Source: Escherichia coli O157 typing phage 14
Strand: one strand, 5' to 3'
Sequence record: KP869112
DNA length: 64,000 bases
Notes under the pieces: generated by a model
The model's input: only the letters and a program-made list of their open reading frames with translations
What the model was told of the DNA's origin: nothing
The model's database searches: none
Position numbers and translations under genes: made by a program
In this document: positions 43,897 to 52,202 of the stretch, one piece after another
Layout of the letters: the number at the start of each line of letters is the position of its first letter
Numbering within the stretch: the first letter of the stretch is position 1

Positions 43897-44464
43897 AGTA
43901 AATCTTATTTAACATTACCTCATCCTTTGCAGAAAGGATATCAAGATATGCATCACCAAATCTTCCTGCAACAACCTCTGCATGATACATCACTTCGTTA
44001 ACATCGTCAAGAGTGATAACCGGATGACCATATCTTTCTGAATATTGTCTCAGGGTGCGATGTAACGAGTCGTCATCATATGCAGACTTTTTAATATCAC
44101 AAACACGACGAATAGCCTTGATGTCGAAAAAACCTGTGCGATACCACCCAAGAAAAAGGTTTCGTGCAGTGTCAACATCTACATTGATACCATCAAGAAC
44201 CTTATCTACAAGATAGCTGTCATCCTTTGGACCAGCGTCCTTAGTGCGAATGTAGTTGCCATCTTTTCCAGGCGATAGCTCCTTCTCATCCCCAACCTGC
44301 ATGCCATCATTTGGCGGTGTTAGCCACTTATCCGGATGCTTACGATCACGAGCGTTAGAATGATTACGCTGGAAACCGGGCTTCCACTTGAAAGTTTTCT
44401 CCATCTGTTCTTCATTCTGATAACGTTTTGCAATCTTTTCACGGTCATCTTTGCGTGAACCCAT
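43886..44464 (-). CDS. hypothetical protein
   Basis: 192 aa; strong RBS GAGGAGG before ATG at 44462-44464; preceded by a long GC-rich leader. Confidence 0.5.
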   Translation of the reverse strand: MGSRKDDREKIAKRYQNEEQMEKTFKWKPGFQRNHSNARDRKHPDKWLTPPNDGMQVGDEKELSPGKDGNYIRTKDAGPKDDSYLVDKVLDGINVDVDTARNLFLGWYRTGFFDIKAIRRVCDIKKSAYDDDSLHRTLRQYSERYGHPVITLDDVNEVMYHAEVVAGRFGDAYLDILSAKDEVMLNKIYYER

Positions 44465-44559
44465 AGCTGCCTCCTCTTCAAGTTATAGAAAAACTCACTG
44501 TATCGCTTTGTAACGAGCTTTTCTATCAAACTGGTGCGATTGCCTTACCTGGTATAGTT

Positions 44560-44860
44560 TATATAGCTGTGGGGCTATTTAGGGGCCTCCTTGTCCGTTT
44601 CCACACATAAACTTTATCCAAACTCGCGCGGGAGACTCTTAACCGACTCCTTACGGCGCTGGCAAGCTTTCGTCGGTGGTCCACATTAGTGCTCGGCCTT
44701 TGGCCTGCGCTATCGCTTCGCTCCCACACATGTTAACATACCTGCATGTATGCACTTCTGTTATTGTGTGCACTATGGAGGCCCGGCATCTCGCCCCTCG
44801 TAGGCGAGTGCCAATGAAGGGCCGACACTATCCATAGTAAGCAATAAATTTAAAACATGG
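44560..44860. other. GC-rich ORF-free island (about 300 nt); candidate structured ncRNA or long structured 5' leader
   Basis: No ORF of 60 codons or more on either strand; multiple local hairpins (CUCGCC-CCUCGUA-GGCGAG, GGCC-UUU-GGCC); lies between the AT-rich/palindrome region and the start of 43886..44464. Confidence 0.3.
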
Positions 44861-44967
44861 TACTTAGGATCTAGTATATTCTACATAAGTTAAGTATATG
44901 TACTTTAGTACCATAAGTACTAGATCTTTTATTTTTTATTATTTAGTTATTTTAGTTATATTCTTTA

Positions 44968-45094
44968 TGTGTCCGTATCACGGACAGTTAGTGTCCGTAT
45001 TACGGGCAGATGTGTCCGCGTGACGGACAGTAGTGTCCGTATTACGGGCAGATGTGTCCGCGTGACGGACAGTGGTGTCCGTATCACGGACAGT
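44968..45094. repeat. array of six 17-bp palindromic sites at 21-22 bp spacing
   Basis: TGTCCGTATCACGGACA (44970, 45076), TGTCCGTATTACGGGCA (44992, 45034) and TGTCCGCGTGACGGACA (45013, 45055), arranged A-B-C-B-C-A; flanked by an AT-rich tract with GTACT and TTTAGTTAT repeats (44870-44968). Confidence 0.85.
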
Positions 45095-45167
45095 TGATAG
45101 CTTCTGTCCCATATCGAACATAAAACATACGAATCCTTATAGTACAGATATTTAAGTTTTTACTGGT

Positions 45168-45518
45168 CTAACCAGTTGTTGACATTCGAATAACTTCTTC
45201 TGGTGGCAAAACTTTGGAAAATGTGCATCTTTTACCTCTCCCCTGTGTGGATGTTTCAACCACTCCTGCACATTCTAAAGTTTTAACGCACGCTGCTGCT
45301 TTTGTTTTCTTTATCCCAACATCTGCTGCAATTTTCCTTGTGCTGGGTGTGAAGCGTGAATTTCCTCCAAGTTTATACCAGTTGTGCAGGTAGCAGTATA
45401 CGATCTTGTCATACAAGTCAAGAACAACAACCTCCCCAGTTGTGTCATTCAAAACTTTTGACATAGACAGTATTTCAAGGGGGACTTTAAGATATAGCAG
45501 CTTATCCCCATCTTTCAT
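45168..45518 (-). CDS. putative helix-turn-helix DNA-binding protein
   Basis: 116 aa; segment STRKIAADVGIKKTKAAACVKTLECAGVV has HTH character; gene ends about 75 bp from the palindrome array. Confidence 0.45.
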   Translation of the reverse strand: MKDGDKLLYLKVPLEILSMSKVLNDTTGEVVVLDLYDKIVYCYLHNWYKLGGNSRFTPSTRKIAADVGIKKTKAAACVKTLECAGVVETSTQGRGKRCTFSKVLPPEEVIRMSTTG

Positions 45519-45565
45519 ATCTCCTGATTCTCCTTGTGTGGCAATTTTCTTTAAAATAGCAGGGA

Positions 45566-46120
45566 TTACTCCCCGCTGTCAATAGCAAAACTCATTGCAA
45601 TACGGTATGCCTCTTCTAATGGTAAGAGTCTCCCCCACACATCCCAACCGACATCAAGCTGCCTGCCAAACAACTGTTGTGTGGTTCCGTGAGCATGACC
45701 GAACAGTTGGACTGATCCGTGAGGCTTTCTGTTCCACTTTGCAAATTGGTAATGGCTCATACAGATCAAATTCTTGTTGTGGCGAAGCTCGTAATAATCT
45801 ACAACCTCGTGATAGAACTCTTTCATAATTCTGACAGTCGTCCTTGTGTCATGGTTGCCACGAACAAGAATAATATGTCCGTTCAACATATTTAGAATAT
45901 CTGGAAGTAATTTGTTGATATTCTTATCATTAGTGCACGCAATATCTCCCAAGTGGAACACAGTGTCTGCAGGTGACACAACAGAGTTCCACTCGGCGAT
46001 GATTCCCGCATTCATACTGTCAAGATTGTGATCATACTGAGATCTGTGTTTTTGACATGAATCAAACTCCATGACCCGCTGGTGGAGAAAGTGTGTGTCG
46101 CTTGTTACAAAGTATTTCAT
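45566..46120 (-). CDS. calcineurin-like metallophosphoesterase
   Basis: Start reassigned to ATG 46118-46120 (MKYFVTSDTHF, RBS GAGGAA); motifs SDTHF, LGDI, RGNHD and FGHAHG are the metallophosphoesterase signature. Confidence 0.6.
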   Translation of the reverse strand: MKYFVTSDTHFLHQRVMEFDSCQKHRSQYDHNLDSMNAGIIAEWNSVVSPADTVFHLGDIACTNDKNINKLLPDILNMLNGHIILVRGNHDTRTTVRIMKEFYHEVVDYYELRHNKNLICMSHYQFAKWNRKPHGSVQLFGHAHGTTQQLFGRQLDVGWDVWGRLLPLEEAYRIAMSFAIDSGE

Positions 46121-46127
46121 ACATTCC

Positions 46128-46538
46128 TCATTTAAGTTTAATGCAGTTTTTAAGCTGGCGTTCCATACGATCCACAACCTTGTCTGGAACATCATGAATG
46201 CTTTTATTACCGTGGCGGTTTTCAACCACGATCACGGTATAACTATACCCATGACTGATTGCCATGTCAACATATTCCTGCACATGTTTTTCTTTTGTAA
46301 ACGTATTACTTACCACGATACGGTCGTATCCCATACGCATCATATCTTCTACGTTATCTTTGCACCATTTTGCTGCGAGTGTTACTTTACTTGCATCCCA
46401 GTTGTAATTGCCGTCATCGTCATACCAGAACATGTCGTTCTCAAAATGTGGATACAGACCTTCTAAAGATAGCGCATTTGCCAGTGTTGATTTGCCAGAC
46501 CCTGGCAGACCACGCACGATATATAGCATTTTAGACAT
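46128..46538 (-). CDS. P-loop kinase (polynucleotide kinase-like)
   Basis: Start reassigned to ATG 46536-46538 (RBS GGAGGA); Walker A GLPGSGKST; about 137 aa. Confidence 0.55.
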   Translation of the reverse strand: MSKMLYIVRGLPGSGKSTLANALSLEGLYPHFENDMFWYDDDGNYNWDASKVTLAAKWCKDNVEDMMRMGYDRIVVSNTFTKEKHVQEYVDMAISHGYSYTVIVVENRHGNKSIHDVPDKVVDRMERQLKNCIKLK

Positions 46539-46659
46539 AGCAATCCTCCGTTTTAATTTTAATGATAGTATACCTAACTGTTTTGTTAATTTCAAGTGTT
46601 GACACTAGGTTATTTGTGTGGCAGGATAGACTGACAAAATGACAAATGAGGAACGTATG

Positions 46660-47574
46660 ATGAAGTATTTTAATGCAGATGACCTAGTAGACAAAGGTCT
46701 TGTAACCAGTCGGTATTATCCAGATCTTGGATTAAAGATCTATAAATATGCCAGAAAAGTATTCTACAACAATCTGTGGCATTTGTCTCCGCGTTTACTG
46801 GAGTGCCGAGGTATTGTTGTTGGCAATGAGGGGAATGTTGTGGCATGGCCTTTCACAAAAGTATTCAACTTAGGAGAAAACTCCACCAACCTACCGGACA
46901 GTAAACTTGTTACTGCGGTAGAGAAAAAGAACGGATTCCTCGGTGTGGTATCATCTCATAAAGGTGAACTATTGTTCTCAACAACCGGGTCTCTTGATTC
47001 TCCATATTGTAACCTTGCAAAGGAAACCATCCAAGAGCAATGTGGTAATTTAGATCTTATCAAGAAGGTTATGGGCAATGAAAACATGACATTCATGTTT
47101 GAAATTTGTCACCCTTCAGATCCGCATATTGTTCAAGAAGACCATGGCGCATATTTGATAGGTTGCAGATATAATGATTCTGGAATAATGCTACCAGAAG
47201 CAGCTTTAGATGGGATTGCCAAATACCTTGGTGCAAAACGTCCTCACACTGTGCGTGAAATCCCGTTCAGCTATGCAAAAGAATTAGCTGCAGAAACAAG
47301 GGGCGAAGGGTATATGATCCGTAAGCCTTACTACCCTTATGACCTGCAGCTGAAGATCAAGTCTCCATACTATTTGGCACGGAAGGCCGTAATGAGAGGT
47401 AAAGCATGGAAGATTTGGGATGACGATATTTTTAAACGTGTTGACGAGGAGTTTTACGGTATGGTAAAATTTATTCGTAGCAACTATACAGAAGATGTGT
47501 GGAATTGCTTATTAGAGCAGGAGCGTCGCGAGATACTGGACTGCTATTTCCACAACGAGGACTATATGCAATGA
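46660..47574 (+). CDS. RNA ligase (nucleotidyltransferase superfamily)
   Basis: Motif I KKNGF (KxxG lysine) and motif IV GEGYMIRK; start taken as the ATG at 46660 (RBS GAGGAA 6 nt upstream), whereas the track starts at 46639. Confidence 0.55.
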   Translation: MKYFNADDLVDKGLVTSRYYPDLGLKIYKYARKVFYNNLWHLSPRLLECRGIVVGNEGNVVAWPFTKVFNLGENSTNLPDSKLVTAVEKKNGFLGVVSSHKGELLFSTTGSLDSPYCNLAKETIQEQCGNLDLIKKVMGNENMTFMFEICHPSDPHIVQEDHGAYLIGCRYNDSGIMLPEAALDGIAKYLGAKRPHTVREIPFSYAKELAAETRGEGYMIRKPYYPYDLQLKIKSPYYLARKAVMRGKAWKIWDDDIFKRVDEEFYGMVKFIRSNYTEDVWNCLLEQERREILDCYFHNEDYMQ

Positions 47575-47921
47575 AGAAGTGGATTGTGTGGCTTGATGAT
47601 TTTAGAGATCCGTCAGATTATGGACTCCCAGACGCTCTGTGGCTAAAGAATTCTTCTGAATTTATGGATTTTCTTAATGATAAGAGAAAGCTCTACAGAC
47701 GCGTATCTGAATGGTATTTTGACAATGATCTAGGTGAAGTTCTTGAAGGGTACGACTGCTTCTCTGCGCTAGAGGAGAAACTTGTATTCGGAAAGCCACC
47801 ACTTATTGACAACGTGATTATTTTCGTGCATACTTCTAATCCATCGGCAGCTCGTAAATTTATGCTTGCTGCTGACTCATTCAAGAAGTTTGGAATAGAG
47901 ATCAAACAAAACATCTACTAA
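47571..47921 (+). CDS. hypothetical protein
   Basis: ATG overlaps the RNA ligase stop (ATGA); 116 aa; no recognisable motif. Confidence 0.4.
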   Translation: MKKWIVWLDDFRDPSDYGLPDALWLKNSSEFMDFLNDKRKLYRRVSEWYFDNDLGEVLEGYDCFSALEEKLVFGKPPLIDNVIIFVHTSNPSAARKFMLAADSFKKFGIEIKQNIY

Positions 47922-47929
47922 GGACATTT

Positions 47930-48691
47930 ATGCGACGACTTATTGTTATTTCTGGTGCTGGTTTGAGCGCAGAATCTGGTATTCCCACCTTCCGATCTGG
48001 TAGCACTGCAATGTGGGAGAATTTCAGCATCGATGAGGTGTGCAACATCCACACCTTTGCCAAGAACTACTATAAGGTGCATGACTTTTACAATGCACGT
48101 CGTGTAGCGCTGGGCAGTGTTGATCCTAACCTTGCACATCTTCGGATCGCTGAGTGGTATTCCCGCTGGTCTGGTCGTGTGATCAACCTTACCACCAATG
48201 TAGATGATTTGCTGGAGCGTGCTGGTGTAAAACATGAAGATATTTTACATGTCCACGGGTATTTGCCTGAAATCACCTACGAAGATGCTGAAGGTAATGA
48301 TGTAATTAAAAATATCGGATACACGGAGGTAGATACAGGCAAGTATACCTGGGTTAAGCCCAATGTAGTGTTCTTCGGCGAGGTTGCTCCTAAGTATACA
48401 GACATGTATGACCTGTTGACATCTCTCACCAGCAATGATATGGTGATCCTAGTGGGTTGTTCTAACACAGTTATTAATTTTAACTGGGAATTGTTTCCTG
48501 CTACTTGTAAAGGAACAAAACTGCTGATTGTAAACAAGTATGATTCGCAGAGTGCAGATGGAAGTGGCATTTCACGTAGCGACCTTTATCAATATGAGGA
48601 TCGCGGGATCCCTGTATGGTTTAACGGTGCTGTTGACGCTTTCTCTGATAAAGCATTTATTGAAACTGTAGAAAACTTTATGGAACTTTAA
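47930..48691 (+). CDS. Sir2-family (sirtuin-like) NAD-dependent enzyme lacking the zinc ribbon
   Basis: Motifs GAGLSAESGIPTFRS, TTNVDDLLERAG, catalytic HVHG, VVFFGE and VGCSNTV match the sirtuin fold; no Cys pairs between the catalytic His and VVFFGE. Confidence 0.7.
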   Translation: MRRLIVISGAGLSAESGIPTFRSGSTAMWENFSIDEVCNIHTFAKNYYKVHDFYNARRVALGSVDPNLAHLRIAEWYSRWSGRVINLTTNVDDLLERAGVKHEDILHVHGYLPEITYEDAEGNDVIKNIGYTEVDTGKYTWVKPNVVFFGEVAPKYTDMYDLLTSLTSNDMVILVGCSNTVINFNWELFPATCKGTKLLIVNKYDSQSADGSGISRSDLYQYEDRGIPVWFNGAVDAFSDKAFIETVENFMEL

Positions 48692-48704
48692 AAGGAGACC
48701 TTTA

Positions 48705-49418
48705 ATGCTGAATACTAAACTGATCGACAACCTGGAAAAACTGTCTCAGCCTGAAAACTACCTTTGGTCTGCCAATTGGGTGGAAAACTGGAACCGTGTG
48801 GCAGCTAAAGTGAAAAAATCATACACACCATTCGAATTACAGCTTAGCTTCATTGAGGAAGAGTTCAATGAGGTTTTGGAAGAGCTGGAGAAAGGTGATG
48901 GTGGAGATCACCTGCTAAAAGAGGCCTGCGATCTTCACGTTGTCACAAGTTATGCCGCTTATCTTGTTAATGATAATCACGAAAAGTGGTCAAACCTGTT
49001 TGATAATCCGCGAGGTCTTAAGTTCAAGATCGGCGAGTTCTATGATACACTGATCGCTGCGAAAAACACCTCTAAGCAAAGAGCGTCTGCTTACCGCTTA
49101 GCAGAGTTGTCAACAGCTTTGCTGTTCCAGCTTCGCGGCGATGTGTGCGGGATGATGCGTAAGGTTCTCAAATCGAATGACAGCAAGTTTGCACGGGTCA
49201 ACCATCTACGGTATTCACACGGTGCCAGTGCAGATATGCCTGCTGAACAACTAATCGAGTTGGAGATTAAAGATCTTGAACGACGCTTTGATGGTCGATA
49301 TGAAGGTTTTGTTGCCAAGGAAGAATTCTACAACGGTAATAAAGTTATCATATTCCTTGACAGTAAAGGTAAGATCATGAAGCCTTCGAGCTTCAAGGAT
49401 GTAACAGAGTATATTTAA
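48705..49418 (+). CDS. MazG-like nucleotide pyrophosphohydrolase (putative)
   Basis: EExxE-type motif IEEEFNEVLEELEKGD followed by KEACDLHV, reminiscent of MazG; RBS AAGGAG. Confidence 0.4.
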   Translation: MLNTKLIDNLEKLSQPENYLWSANWVENWNRVAAKVKKSYTPFELQLSFIEEEFNEVLEELEKGDGGDHLLKEACDLHVVTSYAAYLVNDNHEKWSNLFDNPRGLKFKIGEFYDTLIAAKNTSKQRASAYRLAELSTALLFQLRGDVCGMMRKVLKSNDSKFARVNHLRYSHGASADMPAEQLIELEIKDLERRFDGRYEGFVAKEEFYNGNKVIIFLDSKGKIMKPSSFKDVTEYI

Positions 49419-49424
49419 CAACAT

Positions 49425-49453
49425 AGCCGGGATTACCCGGCTTTACTTATTAT
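49425..49453 (+). terminator. rho-independent terminator
   Basis: Stem AGCCGGG/CCCGGCT with loop AUUA followed by UUACUUAUUAU, 7 nt after the MazG-like stop. Confidence 0.55.
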
Positions 49454-49480
49454 GGAAAGTATGCAGTGAGGTAGTTAGTT

Positions 49481-49789
49481 ATGTACAAGCATTCCAGAGA
49501 TCTTGAAAAAGATGCTGTGTTTGGCGATCAGATGAAGGAGCTGATCAAACTTATAGGTAGAATGGAAGATAAGTTTGACACTAAAATCTACATCGATAGC
49601 AAGATCTTCAACCACAAAATATGGACAAATGTGTGTGTTGGGCTACATGGTGATAAAGATATTGTAAATTTGGTTGTAATAAAGTTCATAGTGTGGCAGA
49701 ATAGGACTATACGTTATTCCGATCCACACTTACTTGTTTATCCTATAAAAGACCTACTACAGAAGGAGGACTGCAATGCCGTTATTTAA
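49481..49789 (+). CDS. hypothetical protein
   Basis: 102 aa; RBS GAGGT. Confidence 0.35.
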   Translation: MYKHSRDLEKDAVFGDQMKELIKLIGRMEDKFDTKIYIDSKIFNHKIWTNVCVGLHGDKDIVNLVVIKFIVWQNRTIRYSDPHLLVYPIKDLLQKEDCNAVI

Positions 49790-50045
49790 TCTTGCTAAAC
49801 CTGTAGAAGCCCACCAGTTTGACGGAAGCTCTTCATCAGTAGCTGATCTGCAACGGTGGATTGATACAGGTGTGTTTACATCGTCACCTGTTCGGACCAG
49901 AGATATTCGTCGCATGTGTGAGCTTGTCGAGCCTTTTGGTAACCTTGTCTTGTACCAGGGAGATTGGCTAGTTGACTTTATGGGAGACTGGTTGGTAATG
50001 AGTAAAGAAGAGATGTTTAAAATTTTTAAGGAAGAGGCCGAGTAA
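49776..50045 (+). CDS. hypothetical protein
   Basis: 89 aa; RBS GGAGGA; stop overlaps the DNA ligase start. Confidence 0.35.
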   Translation: MPLFNLAKPVEAHQFDGSSSSVADLQRWIDTGVFTSSPVRTRDIRRMCELVEPFGNLVLYQGDWLVDFMGDWLVMSKEEMFKIFKEEAE

Positions 50046-51328
50046 TGCATCAAATCAAAACAACACTGTACGCACTGAACAAAGATGGCAGCTACCAACA
50101 GTGGAAAGTATTCACGGATGGTGATAAGGTTATCGTAGAGTTTGGCAAGCTTGATGGTAAACTGCAATACAAAGAGACGATCTGCACACCTAAGAACGTT
50201 GGTCGCGCCAATGAAACTACAGCTGAGCAACAGGCCGAGCTGGAAGCGATCAGTAAGTGGGAAAAACAGGTCCGACTCGGGTACGTGGAGAGTATGGAAG
50301 ATTGTGAGCAAGGTGTTGATCTTTTACCCATGTTGGTGCATGACTACCTGAAGCGTGGCAAGGCACTTAAATTACCTTGCTGGATCTTGCGTAAGTTAGA
50401 TGGCCTTCGTCTACTTGTTGTTTTCCAGAATGGTGAGCCTAAATTTATTTCCCGTGGTAATAAATCCTACCCTATTCAAGGAAAGCTTCTGGAGCAACTT
50501 CGCTCTTTCCACCTAACCACCGGGATTAAACAGCTCGACGGAGAGCTCTATATTCATGGTCTGCCTCTGCAGAAAATAGTGTCTCTTGCTAAACGGTGGC
50601 GCACACAGGAAGAAATTCAGGCCGAGATCGATAAAGACTACGAGGCAGATAAAAAACGCCGTCAGGCTGCGATTAAGGCAGGTTTAGCAACATACAAAAA
50701 CTTCAACAAGATGGATATTCCTGTTGATGTTGAGCCTGTTCGTGATGATTTGCGTTACGGAGGGTACTGCAGCTACGACTTAGAGTATCATATTTTCGAT
50801 ATTCCTAGCGATAAGGTGTGGTGGGATCCTGAAACAGAGTCTGGACGCTGTAAGGATCTTATGGAGGCAAATGGTGCTATTGCTTCTTTGATGCTTGACC
50901 ATATTAAGGTTGTTGATGCAGAGCTTGCATACACAGTTGATCGGTGCGAAGAGTCTGTTGGTATATTTATGTCTGAGGGATATGAAGGTACCATTATGCG
51001 TAACTTCTGTGGTAAATATGAGTATGGTCAGCGAACATCTGAAGCATTGAAATGGAAAAAGTTCAACGACGCAGAGGTGAAAGTTATTGACGTTGAGAAA
51101 GATAAGAATGATGAAGGTGTTCTTATCTGTGTTGACAAGGAAGGTGTTGTTGTTAAAATGAAGATGAAAGGCACGCACGAGGAGCGTAGCTATGACAGGA
51201 TGCAGGAAATGATCGGCAAGTTTGTCACCTTCAAATATCAAGCAAGGACAGAAGACAACAACTACCAATTCCCTGTCGGTATCTGCGTCCGAAATGTTAA
51301 CCCAGACACTTGGGAGGTTCTGGAATGA
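50045..51328 (+). CDS. ATP-dependent DNA ligase
   Basis: Motif I KLDGLR (KxDGxR), motif III DGELYIHG, motif IV EGYEGTIMR, motif V WKKFNDAEVKVID; 427 aa. Confidence 0.6.
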   Translation: MHQIKTTLYALNKDGSYQQWKVFTDGDKVIVEFGKLDGKLQYKETICTPKNVGRANETTAEQQAELEAISKWEKQVRLGYVESMEDCEQGVDLLPMLVHDYLKRGKALKLPCWILRKLDGLRLLVVFQNGEPKFISRGNKSYPIQGKLLEQLRSFHLTTGIKQLDGELYIHGLPLQKIVSLAKRWRTQEEIQAEIDKDYEADKKRRQAAIKAGLATYKNFNKMDIPVDVEPVRDDLRYGGYCSYDLEYHIFDIPSDKVWWDPETESGRCKDLMEANGAIASLMLDHIKVVDAELAYTVDRCEESVGIFMSEGYEGTIMRNFCGKYEYGQRTSEALKWKKFNDAEVKVIDVEKDKNDEGVLICVDKEGVVVKMKMKGTHEERSYDRMQEMIGKFVTFKYQARTEDNNYQFPVGICVRNVNPDTWEVLE

Positions 51329-51355
51329 TGTAGGATGGTTTAGTAGGTAACGGTA

Positions 51356-51384
51356 GCCAATTGAATGATGGTTTTTCAATTGGC
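51356..51384 (+). other. stable stem-loop downstream of DNA ligase (10-bp perfect stem)
   Basis: GCCAATTGAA / TTCAATTGGC with 9-nt loop; not followed by a U-tract. Confidence 0.4.
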
Positions 51385-51452
51385 ACCTACATAACCACAC
51401 TATGCAGTGTTGTTGATCGGGTTAGTTATGAGTAAACTGGAGAGTATGAAAA

Positions 51453-51923
51453 ATGAAACTTGATAAAAATGTTCAACGAAAAGCTTTCTTGGATATGATC
51501 GCATATTCGGAAGGAACAGATAATGGTAGACAACCTACCAAGGATCGGGGATACGATGTAATAGTCGGAGGCAAGCTGTTCAGCGATTACAGCAAGCATC
51601 CCGGTGTTTACGTTAAGCTAAATGCTAAACTTACCTCCTCCGCTGCTGGGCGTTACCAGGTTTTGGAGAAGTTTGCTAAACACTACATGAAACAGTTAGG
51701 ATTACCAGATTTTGGCCCTGCCAGCCAGGACAATATTGCGTTGCAACTGATCCGTGAGTGCAAGGCTCTTGCCGACATTGACGAAGGTCGTATCCACGAA
51801 GCTATCCGCAAATGCCGTTCCCGCTGGGCTTCGTTACCTGGTGCTGGGTATGGTCAGCATGAACAGAAGATCGAGAAGTTGATCGAGGTGTTTAAAAAGG
51901 CAGGCGGCGTTGTCCTGGATTGA
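51453..51923 (+). CDS. endolysin, lambda R-like lytic transglycosylase
   Basis: QRKAFLDMIAYSEGTDNGRQPTKDRGYDVIVGG and WASLPGAGYGQHE closely match lambda R (QRKAFLDMLAWSEGTDNGRQKTRNHGYDVIVGG, recalled from memory). Confidence 0.8.
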   Translation: MKLDKNVQRKAFLDMIAYSEGTDNGRQPTKDRGYDVIVGGKLFSDYSKHPGVYVKLNAKLTSSAAGRYQVLEKFAKHYMKQLGLPDFGPASQDNIALQLIRECKALADIDEGRIHEAIRKCRSRWASLPGAGYGQHEQKIEKLIEVFKKAGGVVLD

Positions 51924-51926
51924 TCA

Positions 51927-51955
51927 TTGACATAACCACACGGACGTGGTATTGT
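51927..51955 (+). promoter_or_regulatory. candidate promoter TTGACA-N17-TATTGT
   Basis: -35 TTGACA at 51927-51932, -10 TATTGT at 51950-51955; precedes the small lipoprotein gene. Confidence 0.35.
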
Positions 51956-51986
51956 TACCTCATAGAATGTTCGAGAGGGTTTAACC

Positions 51987-52193
51987 ATGAAAGATTTTCT
52001 GTTGGCAATTTTGTTCATGGCAGCATGTCTGGCCTGTGGTGTCGTGTTTGCAGGTGAAACAGCGTATCTTGTCGATGTATATCGGGACAATGGTAAACGT
52101 ATTTGCCTTTATGAGACAAGCCAAGGTGAGCTCTACGAGCTTGTGAAACAAGGCGAGGCTGGATCTTGTCCTCGCACCCATTTCTTTGAATGA
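51987..52193 (+). CDS. small predicted lipoprotein
   Basis: 68 aa; signal peptide with lipobox-like MAACLAC; no transmembrane C-terminus; RBS AGAGGG. Confidence 0.45.
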   Translation: MKDFLLAILFMAACLACGVVFAGETAYLVDVYRDNGKRICLYETSQGELYELVKQGEAGSCPRTHFFE

Positions 52194-52202
52194 GGAGAAT
52201 AC

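Noticed and set aside
44560-44860. tmRNA, because the plus strand starts GGGGCUAUUU like the 5' end of tmRNA
   Set aside because: No tRNA-like T-arm or acceptor 3' end (GGUUCGA...CCA) and no tag-peptide reading frame with resume codon could be found.
44968-45094. Possible CRISPR array (regularly spaced repeats)
   Set aside because: Units are palindromic 17-mers separated by only 4-5 bp with no unique spacers and no cas genes; the pattern fits protein-binding sites, not CRISPR.
44968-45094. LexA/SOS boxes
   Set aside because: Half-sites are CTGT-like but spaced CTGT-N11-ACAG rather than the CTGT-N8-ACAG of enterobacterial LexA boxes.
46598-46632. Promoter for the RNA ligase gene at TTGACA (46598-46603)
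   Set aside because: No acceptable -10 hexamer at 16-19 nt spacing (CAGGAT / TAGACT at 23 nt), so not called.
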